A stretch of 64,000 bases of DNA. Source: Picochlorum sp. SENEW3 (lineage: Eukaryota). Numbering within the stretch: the stretch's first letter is position 1; every line of letters begins with the position of its first letter. The position numbers and the translations under genes were made by a program. Below, one piece after another: positions 11,973 to 20,904 of the stretch. The notes under the pieces are model-generated. The model was not told the DNA's origin and did not search any database. It saw only the letters and a list, made by a program, of their open reading frames with translations. The stretch is taken from assembly GCA_034226945.1 (NCBI GenBank), contig CP120454.1, positions 930,001-994,000 on the forward strand. Direction: 5' to 3'.

Positions 11973-13342
11973 ATGATGAGGCTACACGATCTACCTAGGG
12001 ATGAATTTATCAAAGTATTGGGGTACTTGGATGCTGCTGATATCGTGCATTTGGCTCTATCATGTCGCGCTATTTACGAAACGTTGCAGGTGGGTACCCT
12101 GTATTTGTTTTTCCGTCCTGTTTTTCTGATTCGTCATGAGCGATGCGACGTGCTCGGCTATAGGATGATGAAGTATGGCATTTTTTATGTGATATCACGT
12201 GGTCAAAAGACACATCTGTGCTGCGATGGGTGACGAACGTACCTCGAAACGCGCCCTCTTCCTTGCCCAGGCCTGGTAGCACCTCTGAGTTTGAGACACT
12301 GTCCAGGGCAGATATTACCACATTCAAAGATGCGTATATTGTTTTGAATCACATACGGCATCTTTCTGGTCTTTGGAGAATCATCGGTGAAGGAAAGGAG
12401 GCGGGATTAGTGTCTATAGAATGGAAATCAGATGGCCTCATTGCAAGTCATTTGGACTTTGTGTCTGGTTCTGGGAAGCCCAGATTACGAGAATTTCACG
12501 CTGTGAAACCTTCACGCGATATTGTAAACTCGATCGAGTGGGATTCGAAATTTGATGTGGTTGCACTCCGGGTCGATACCCTACCCTCCAGCCATGGTAG
12601 TGCTGTGGATGTTGGTAGGCAGTCACCGTCTTTTGCAACACCTGTCCACCATCGCTCCAGTGAGGTCGCAGACGTGGGCTTTGGGACTCCTAGATCATTC
12701 TCATCTCGAGATTCACCGCTATATGGTTCGAGCCCGGAGAGCTCGTTCAGACAGGCATGGGGTCAGTTCATGAGCAGCAGTGTGCAGCGTAGATCCAAGT
12801 CAATGAGACGACGGCAGGCCGCTGGAGGTTTTCTAAATCTACGACATTTGCAACGATTATATATGGATACACCGGACGAAAAGCACCCTCTATCGGGATT
12901 ATGGAGTGCAGAACTGGAGGACGGGGCCATTGACCTGGTGGACTTTTCCTACACAAACAGCAAGCATATTATAGTCACAAAAGTCTCTGGACCGGGATGC
13001 CTGTCTCCAGGCAACACTATATTCAAGTTGAAAAGGAATCTGATTTCCCAATTGACCCCAGGAGATTTACAATACCATATGGAAATGTTGGATCTGGAGG
13101 GACTCTCTGATGCAGAATTCACAGACCAAGACCTCAGTTTTTATGAAGGAGCAAGCACATATTTTGGAACCGACGATCCAGATATCCTCCACCAAGATCT
13201 AGATGCGAGAGTTGAAGATAGCGATATTGATGAGGGTGATGATGTATTCAAATGCAAACTATTTCCATACACTGACCAGTTGATGGCTCTGGTGATTGCA
13301 GACACCCTCCTTGTCAATCTTCGACGCCTCCAAATACCCTAA
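11973..13342 (+). CDS. F-box protein with a possible DUF3506-like C-terminal region; exons 11973-12089 and 12164-13342
   Basis: LHDLPRDEFIKVLGYLDAADIVHLALSCR F-box; intron 12090-12163 joins in frame to DDEVWHFLC; HPLSGLW motif downstream. Confidence 0.75.
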
Positions 13343-13384
13343 ATTATACAATTAGTAGTTTTTCCTTCTCTGTTGTAAAAGAGT

Positions 13385-14119
13385 ATGGCTCTCGTTCAGA
13401 AGACATTTCAGCTGCAGAAACACATTGGGCCGCTTGCAGTTTGCTCAAAGCGATCGTTGCTGCGTTTCATAGAGCCACATTGGCATCAGAATAGGAATTC
13501 AATCCCAAATAATATCCGCAGAAGCGCAAGCAGTATGAGTAATGGGACATCGGAACGGCCTTTGGTTGGAGTGGGAGTGGTTGTCCTGCGTCAGGTATCT
13601 GAGAATCCGGACGTTTTGGTAATCAAACGTGGCAAAGCGCCATCCAAGGGTTTGATATCCATCCCTGGAGGAAGCCAAGAATTAGGTGAAACTGTTGTTG
13701 AGTGCGCTATTAGAGAGGTAATGGAAGAAACAGGTATAAAGCTACTGTATGATCCAAAGAAACTTGGCATTACCTGTGATGATAGAAACAATCCCAAAGC
13801 TAAGGCAAATAGGACTCCCAAATCATTCCTTTGCGAATTTGAACTGAGTCACCCAATGCCTTTTACAGCGGTTGATGCGATTGCTATGCATGAGGATGGG
13901 CAACGCATCCAGTATCATTACTCAATCATAGAAGTTGCTGCCATGCCAGAGGATCCTCTGCAGCCCTTGGTGGCAGGGGATGATGCAGATGAGGCATTTT
14001 GGGTACCGTGTGATGAATTGCATTTGCAGCAGAACCTCGTGCCAAATCTAGTTGATGTGGTTCGCTTGGCACGTTCGACATTCAACATTGATTCTTCTAC
14101 TCCTGTTACAACATCCTAA
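13385..14119 (+). CDS. Nudix hydrolase with a probable organelle transit peptide
   Basis: [10 protein letters not shown], Nudix box [34 protein letters not shown]. Confidence 0.9.
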   Translation: MALVQKTFQLQKHIGPLAVCSKRSLLRFIEPHWHQNRNSIPNNIRRSASSMSNGTSERPLVGVGVVVLRQVSENPDVLVIKRGKAPSKGLISIPGGSQELGETVVECAIREVMEETGIKLLYDPKKLGITCDDRNNPKAKANRTPKSFLCEFELSHPMPFTAVDAIAMHEDGQRIQYHYSIIEVAAMPEDPLQPLVAGDDADEAFWVPCDELHLQQNLVPNLVDVVRLARSTFNIDSSTPVTTS

Positions 14120-14142
14120 TAATACATGGATTCATTCACAAT

Positions 14143-15000
14143 TTATTCAGCGTTTCTTCCAGTCTTCCATATAATGCCATCCAAATTGTATGTCTCGGGT
14201 CCTTGGGAAGAGACATAGACCTGGACCCGTTCAAACTCAACAGACTTTTCTCCATTGGGAAAGATTGATTTGCTGCCATCTGGCATTCGTGCATAATATG
14301 ATCCCAACCTACTCGTGGCAATTCGCTCCCGTCCAGGTGCTAGAAATTTCAAGCCATCAGGCCCAAATCGTATCCCCTCTGATGGATAATCCATCACAGC
14401 CATGGAATATCCACCAACTTTTTGAAGCTTGATGGGCATTGATGAGGAGATATTCCCATCTGGCCATGTGAATAAAAATGCAGCTATTGAATCTCGATCC
14501 TCATTCAAGCCAATCCAGCCTCTAGGATTATAGCCACCCACAATGGCATTAGAATCCTTGATTGTCGCCACAAGCAGACTCGCTCCCATAGTGTAAACCT
14601 TTTGGCCAAAGGACTCCATGGAAAACCCATCCTTGTCTGAATCAAACACCAGCTCCAATGGAATCTTCTCAAGCTGTGTATTTTTCAAGAGTTTTCTATA
14701 ATACCTGACGTCCCCTGTATCCTCAGGAAGTGGCTCTGCAAATTCATCCACTGTGGCTGGGAAAAGTTCAGGTGTATCTTCAGCATTCATTCGTTTCAAC
14801 CCAAACGACTCATCAGTCTCCAGTGCCTGCCTACCAAAAATCTTTCCTACGAGTTTCTCTATGATATCCATCTCGCCATCATTCTTTTTCGAGGATTGCC
14901 TAGCCACTCGTCGACTACTACGAGATACGGGTTTCAAACTGCCCTGTCCATGTCCGATTCCTGCATATCTGCCATATCTGGTAATCTTCTGAGATGCCAT
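14143..15000 (-). CDS. TLDc-domain protein, probably plastid-targeted
   Basis: FDSDKDGFS..SF, IVGGYNPRGW, AAFLFTW, IRFGPDGL, SRLGSYY; basic Ser/Arg-rich N-terminus. Confidence 0.8.
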   Translation of the reverse strand: MASQKITRYGRYAGIGHGQGSLKPVSRSSRRVARQSSKKNDGEMDIIEKLVGKIFGRQALETDESFGLKRMNAEDTPELFPATVDEFAEPLPEDTGDVRYYRKLLKNTQLEKIPLELVFDSDKDGFSMESFGQKVYTMGASLLVATIKDSNAIVGGYNPRGWIGLNEDRDSIAAFLFTWPDGNISSSMPIKLQKVGGYSMAVMDYPSEGIRFGPDGLKFLAPGRERIATSRLGSYYARMPDGSKSIFPNGEKSVEFERVQVYVSSQGPETYNLDGIIWKTGRNAE

Positions 15001-15198
15001 GGTAGTATAAATGTATTAGTGTGTTAATTCAAGTCGTGCGAAGGAGGGCTTGCACGGATACATTCAAACTCCTTGTTTGGATTTTGAACCAGCAATCTCT
15101 CTCACACTGGGATGGCCTTGATCGTACAATACAAGAACCAAACCCTTTTGCTCTGTCTTGATCAGTGAAAATTCCATTAGCTAGTTATAGGAAAGGAT

Positions 15199-15800
15199 AT
15201 GATTCGACGTAAAGGACTCGCCATCTGCGAGCGTCTGGGTGCCACGTGTCGTGGGTACCCACGACTATTGTTTCACTCGTCGAGACAGGTGTGGTGGTGA
15301 TGCTGGATCCAGAGTACATGAATGAACGTACAGTTACATATATAATATTCTTGTAGGTTGCTGGGGAGGGATACGAATCTTCCTCTGGAGTGCAGGGCCT
15401 CAACCATGTCGCTATTTGTGTGCCTTCCGTACGGGAGGCTTCCAAAACATTTGCTGCTCTTCTTGGTGTTCCTGTGACTGAACCAGTACGGGTTGAGAAT
15501 CATGGTGTAACGGTATCGTTTGTGAAACTACCGAATGTGAACCTAGAGCTGCTCGAACCTCTAGGAGAAGACTCTCCTGTTGCAAACTTCTTGGTCAAGC
15601 ACCCACATGGTGGCATTCACCATCTGTGTTTCGACGTCAACTCGGCGCACCAATCTCTTGAAAGAATAAAATCGCTTGGAAAGTACAGGGTTTTGAACAG
15701 TGAGCCGAAAATTGGCTCACATGGAACGCCCACATTTTTTATGCACCCACAAGATATATGTGGCTGTCTCATTGAAATGGAACAGATTGATCCAGAATGA
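15199..15800 (+). CDS. MCEE: Methylmalonyl-CoA epimerase (VOC/glyoxalase fold), likely mitochondrial; exons 15199-15288 and 15357-15800
   Basis: LNHVAICVP, HGVTVSFV, LELLEPLGEDSPVANFL, GGIHHLCFDV, KIGSHGTPTFFMHP, GCLIEMEQ; Arg-rich presequence on exon 1; in-frame GT-AG intron 15289-15356. Confidence 0.9.
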
Positions 15801-15811
15801 AGAGCATGTGT

Positions 15812-17584
15812 TCACACGACATATTTAGCAATTGTATCAAAAATTCTAAAATGAGGTTCAGACGAGCCGATAGGTTGGTACATCTTGATGCAAATATCAA
15901 ACCATCTGCCGAGTGGATGAGATCCAGTGTCATACACGCCCATGATTTCACACAAATACTTTCTTAATTTCAACAGGTCGTCCTTGTTGTCTTCGAGACT
16001 AAGATCTTTTGGTGAGGTTATATTGCTGAAGAAATAGGCACCATCTTTACCAAATACATCTGCCTCAAGATACCCTGTTGGGTCTTCCAAGGTGAGTCTA
16101 CAGGCAAAAACCCACTCATCGTCAGGACTGACGTCTTCTTCGACAATCTCTGGATCAAGTGCACTTTTATGTATAGCAATCTTTTTAATTTCGTCATTGC
16201 CTGGCCAGATTGCCATTATTCGAGCTTTGCATCTGAAATATTCAGGTGTGGTCATCCTGACATTACCATTGAATCGACTAGAACTCCACAAGATATCTCG
16301 AATGGGCGTTACTGATCTAATACCATGCAATGTTTCACTATACAAGGGTCCGTACTGGATTGGCTGACACCCGTCTGCAGGACCTCGGGGGTCCTCGAGC
16401 GCAGCCTGCAGCAGTTTCTTCTCACTACCAGTCCATGGTGCCCAACGTGTCGCGGGGACAAAATAGCCCTGCACCTGAGAATCCACAGGAGCAAATCCAC
16501 AATTTCTAATTCGAATCCATTTTCCTCGAGACGGATATTCAATGCCTTTTGGCTGATACCAAAACATGATTGGCATGATTGTTCCAAAAGATGGTGGGAT
16601 CCACTCAATCTGAGAATAATCAAGCTGCATTCTGCTCATGGTACCATACAAGTGATACAATGATTTCTCTACCTCTGTCATTTCATTATCTGCTTTTGGC
16701 TTCAAACTATTCCGGAAATCAAGGTACGGAGGGTACGGACGAGCATTTGTGCCATCCCAGACCCACACGATGGGATTCCCATCAATCCCTTCTGTATCAA
16801 CATGAACGACCAGGGCCACGAGATCGAAAAACTGCGTGCCTTCATTTCTGGAATATACAGATCTAATTTGCCGCCTATATTTCATACTCTCGTCTGCTTT
16901 ACGTTGTGCAGCCTTTGCAAACACCTTCCATGTTCCATCTGCAGAAAATTTTCTCAACACATCCAGAAGTCTCATGTTCCTCTCATCAAGGTGAAATTGA
17001 TTGTGCGATATTTTATAAGGCTCATACTCCTTTTTAGGATCACTTGGCGCCTCTGCATCCAAGAGCATAAACGAACATCTGCATTCTTTCCTCGACATGC
17101 TCACAACCAACTGGTAGGAGGTGGCACCATCTTCACTATGTGGGTTCCTATAACAATCCACCCGAGCTCGATGTATTCGTATTATATCACCTGGTTTCCT
17201 AGGCTTCGGAAGCCCCTGCATATCTCGAGCAAACACCCTTACTTCGAGTGGCCCTCCCAACAGGTGGGTTGAAAAATCTGCCACCTTCAAACTCATCATA
17301 AGATCAGGCCCCTTTGTTTTCCTCGGCTCCTCCCAATCCACCACAATACCCATAAAATTTACCGATTCATTCAAAACGTCGGGAACTCTACCACTATCAA
17401 TATACACGTAATGTTCTTTCCGATTCGTTGCCTTTTCCGGAAGCAAGGCCCAGCGATTCTTCTGACTCAACAATTCATCGGCTGATATGTGTATATTGGA
17501 GGCATGTGCCTCTTCTTCTTCGCCGTGTTCACCGGCCATTGGCTGTTCAGAAAATTCAAACGGCTGCCTCTCTTCTTGAGTCAT
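15812..17584 (-). CDS. POT1: POT1-like telomere single-strand DNA-binding protein (OB folds)
   Basis: VNFMGIVVD..PRKTKGPD, LPKPRKPGDIIRIHR (OB1); FFDLVALVV..VWDGT (OB2); YFRCKARIMAIWP and RLTLEDPTG (C-terminal OB). First ATG at 17584. Confidence 0.85.
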   Translation of the reverse strand: MTQEERQPFEFSEQPMAGEHGEEEEAHASNIHISADELLSQKNRWALLPEKATNRKEHYVYIDSGRVPDVLNESVNFMGIVVDWEEPRKTKGPDLMMSLKVADFSTHLLGGPLEVRVFARDMQGLPKPRKPGDIIRIHRARVDCYRNPHSEDGATSYQLVVSMSRKECRCSFMLLDAEAPSDPKKEYEPYKISHNQFHLDERNMRLLDVLRKFSADGTWKVFAKAAQRKADESMKYRRQIRSVYSRNEGTQFFDLVALVVHVDTEGIDGNPIVWVWDGTNARPYPPYLDFRNSLKPKADNEMTEVEKSLYHLYGTMSRMQLDYSQIEWIPPSFGTIMPIMFWYQPKGIEYPSRGKWIRIRNCGFAPVDSQVQGYFVPATRWAPWTGSEKKLLQAALEDPRGPADGCQPIQYGPLYSETLHGIRSVTPIRDILWSSSRFNGNVRMTTPEYFRCKARIMAIWPGNDEIKKIAIHKSALDPEIVEEDVSPDDEWVFACRLTLEDPTGYLEADVFGKDGAYFFSNITSPKDLSLEDNKDDLLKLRKYLCEIMGVYDTGSHPLGRWFDICIKMYQPIGSSEPHFRIFDTIAKYVV

Positions 17585-17726
17585 CAGAGAATAAGAACGT
17601 TCCGACGACAAAAAAGCAGTGGAAAACAACGCCGACTGTATTTATTTTTCTGAATATGTACATCGTATTCATGCTTCATACCGCCTATTGCGGATGCGGG
17701 TATTTCGAGAATGAAAATTTAAAAAT

Positions 17727-18195
17727 CCTCAGAGGTCGACGTGGTGGTACTGCGGAACGGGGCCGCAGTACCCCGGGGCAGCAGTTGCCGCTGACCTCAC
17801 CGACCTCGGTCGGTCAGGGGTTGTAACTCAGACCCTCACTCGTCTCCGACGTTTGCACGATGGCACCAAAACTAGCACACATTCACGCCAAATGATCGCT
17901 TCCGACGATTAGATGTTCGCTTATACCTAGGTCACTCGTCCTCTGCTCTTGAGTTTGAACAACCACCATGTCTGTGGTCGAGGTAGGAGGCGAGAACAGC
18001 AGTCTCTGGCCTGCCTTCCTCGAGGGTCGATTCAACCCTGATAATCAACTTGACAATTTGCTGCTTTTAACCCATCGGAGGATGTCGTTGGTGGGAGGGA
18101 AGGGGCCAAAGAAGCTACATCCCCTGGAAGATTGCTAGAGCCCCCGCAGGATGGGTGATCGCCATAAGATTGGCTGCTCTGCGCCGATCTTCATT
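17727..18195. other. Hairpin-rich non-coding element, candidate structured RNA of unknown class
   Basis: No credible CDS; about 66% GC in 17731-17850; perfect 10-bp stem 17746-17755/17763-17772 plus several further stems up to 18191. Confidence 0.3.
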
Positions 18196-18388
18196 AAATC
18201 ATCTGTATTATTCGCCTGATCGACTACAAGACATATTCTTTTCTAGATTCAAGGGCAATCAGTGTTTTGTTGAAGCTATTTGAAAAGTTGCCGGCATATA
18301 CGAGGTTGAGGGTGTTTGAATCTGTCTGCGACCTCTGGTGAGCGATTTCAAAGGTGCTGAGTACATTGAATCTCTAGGTGATAAAAAT

Positions 18389-19462
18389 ATGTTCAAGAAG
18401 TTGTCACTTTTATTTTGCCTGGTCGTGGCCTGCTTTGATCTCGCCAGCGCAAAGTTCCTTTTTGGTACGACCGATCTGTCATTCGGTCGGGCACTCCTGG
18501 CCAAGAAATGGAGAAAGTGCACTATCGAGAAGAGAACAAAGTACGTGGGCACTCCCATCAAGGTTGTCAGAGGAGTGAAAAGCTCTCACCATTGCTGTGT
18601 GGAATGCAAGAACAAGAAGGGTTGCGATCGGTGGACCTTCTTGCCTGGAAAGTGGGACAAGTGCAGCTTGTTCAGTAACAAGAACAGGTCCATGTACAAG
18701 ATCAAGGCAAACTGGCACATCTCTGGATATGCAACTTGGAGACTCAAGTACGTTGTTTTATCGGTGCATATCCAACCATGAAACCGTTGGGGCGGGCGAT
18801 GTGATGCTCCTCATCGGGGGGAAGAGGGGATCTGATACCTGCTCTACTACTGTTGATTCATATGTACCTTCTTTTTTCGCTGCAGGATTAAGAGCTGGCC
18901 AAAAGATAAGAGGGAATCATACAACTACAAGCCAACAAAGGAACAAAGTGAAGTTCCATTCGAGGATCCAAACGCCGGAGGTGGTGATGCCTATGAAGCT
19001 CCTGACGCCGGCTTTGGAGGTGGTGGTGCCTATGAAGCTCCTGATGCCGGCTTTGGAGGTGGTGATGCCTATGAAGCGCCAGGATTTGGCTCTGGATCAG
19101 GTGGAGGAGCATATGAAGATCCATGGAGTGGTGGTGGAGGAGGAGGAAATGTACCAGACTGGGGATATGATGGTGGCATCACCAACTACAAGCGCATGAC
19201 AGGAAAGACGGTATATGGACGCCGTTTGAACTCTATCTTACCATGTGTCGGCAATAAGGCATCTACATCTGGTCGTTGCGAATACCTCTGCACGCAGACA
19301 AAGGGCTGCAATGGATGGACATGGACGGATGAATTCAACTGCGGTTGGATTGGTGAGAACCAAGCCACAGGTGTATGTTACCTGGTGGGAGAAGCAGACG
19401 AGGACGATGTGTTTGATGCTCCTGGTAAAAGCCGCAATTTCATTTCTGGGCTGATGCAGTAG
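18389..19462 (+). CDS. Secreted protein with two PAN/apple-like domains separated by a Gly/Tyr-rich repeat linker; exons 18389-18747 and 18886-19462
   Basis: Signal peptide MFKKLSLLFCLVVACFDLASA; CCVECKNKKGCDRWTF...CSLF...ISG and CEYLCTQTKGCNGWTW...CYL...FISG; GT-AG intron 18748-18885 joins the ORFs in frame. Confidence 0.75.
18977..19081 (+). repeat. 39-bp coding tandem repeat, about 2.7 copies, encoding GGG(D/G)AYEAPDAGF
   Basis: GGAGGTGGTG(A/G)TGCCTATGAAGC units start at 18977, 19016 and 19055; a degenerate fourth unit (GGGAYEDP) follows. Confidence 0.9.
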
Positions 19463-19770
19463 AGTAGACATGTAGAGAAAAAAGAAAGATCTACGCACAA
19501 ATAGCAGCACACTCGGGAATGAAATAGCAGCACATCAGGCTGATGCCTGCTCGAGCCGACCATACCTTTCTTCACGCGAGACCAGAGCCATTGTTCACTT
19601 CTGATTCGGGTGAGGAAGAGCATAGCTACTAGAATACCATGGCTCGAGCGCATCACATAGACATAGTCAACAAGATGCATATTATCTGATATCAAGAGCA
19701 ATGCATACAACATTATGTTTTTGGTTTTATCAATTGATTCATGAGTATTGTCGTAAGAGTATACATTATA

Positions 19771-20345
19771 TTACACCCAGAACAAATCCTTCAACGCAGC
19801 AAACAAAATGCACAACAGAGCAATCTCAACAATCAATGCCAGCGTCACTGGCCCAACCTTGTCATCAAAGAAACCAATCTGCTTCTTACGGATAAACTCG
19901 CTTCTCCAATAAAACGTAAATAAAGCATACCCAATCATCAGTATAGATATCGGCAGCATCAACAGGGTCATAAGCTCCACAGTACTCTTCCGAATACCCC
20001 CTTTACGAATGCCCTTCTCATCTTCCACAGCAAAACCAGCAATCGCTGTTCCTATCGTTCCCATTGTCGTCGCCATAGACAACCAAGACAAGAATGTCCT
20101 TTCATTCGCTACAGCATGCCACGTACAAGGCTCACACATGCACAACACTACTACAGAAGAAGAAGAAAAACCAACGCACCGAAATATGTCTTTGGCTCAA
20201 TTCTCAATGGAATCTTTCTGGGCAACTGATACCTAGCTCCATGCGTATATTCTCTAGTTCCAAATAATTGATCTCGTAATCCCTGCGTTTCGATCAAATT
20301 TGTCACCTCACGCAGTTGCCCAGAGTTTGCAGAAGTGGATGCCAT
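19771..20345 (-). CDS. VTC1: Vacuolar transporter chaperone 1 (polyphosphate polymerase complex subunit); exons 20345-20180 and 20108-19771
   Basis: After removing intron 20109-20179: [22 protein letters not shown], three TM helices, FDDKVGP. Confidence 0.92.
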
Positions 20346-20904
20346 TATTCTTCTTCAGGTTTGCGTTTACACACTCCGATTCCCAACGCAACCGTACTAC
20401 TATTCTTTGGAATATTTGAAATAAGATAAATGTCGGTACTAGGAGTTCTCTGTGTAAGGCTTGGAGGAGGGTGTCTGCATTTCTTCAAGCCCGGAAGAAG
20501 AAAAAAAGATTCCCTCTGTGTGTGTTGGATTCCCTCTTGTTGAAAAGACAGCTCTGCCATCTACCCGCCCCTGCCGTACACTGTATCATGCTCAATCCAT
20601 GGTATGAAAGAGCATCGTCCATCTACGAGAGTGAGATTGCATGCCATGAGTCCGAGTCTCGGTGTCATGGACACATCAGCAACCCATCACTGCATGTGCA
20701 TTAGATGGACCGTCAAGCCGGCCCTTGTGACCGGACAGACCATTGACAGCAAACGCGGCTGTATTGGGCATGGCATGGGTTCATCAGATGTCCTCTCGTA
20801 GGACTAGAATAGTGTTTCAATATTTATGCTCTGAAAACTAAGGTATTAATTTTGACACATATACGCCTTGATTGTCGCGTGAGGGAGAAGACACGTAGAA
20901 CGAC

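Noticed and set aside
17727..18195. Specific identification as telomerase RNA, RNase P/MRP, SRP RNA or a TPP riboswitch
   Set aside because: Only partial look-alike words were found; no canonical template, P4 pairing or SRP helix 8 geometry. Kept as an unidentified candidate.
18748..18885. Possible C/D snoRNA in the PAN-gene intron (GTGATG...CTGA)
   Set aside because: Box C is imperfect, spacing is short and no guide target was recognised.
18977..19081. 39-bp repeats as a possible CRISPR array
   Set aside because: Contiguous in-frame tandem units with no unique spacers, no cas genes, and a eukaryotic context.
18597..19199. 200-aa ORF with EVVMPMKLL repeats
   Set aside because: It is an alternative-frame reading of the intron and the GGGDAYEAP repeat exon.
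20644..20670. Imperfect hairpin CCATGA-GT-CCGAGTCTCGG-TG-TCATGG between VTC1 and OSCA
   Set aside because: A single short stem that could arise by chance; no supporting features.
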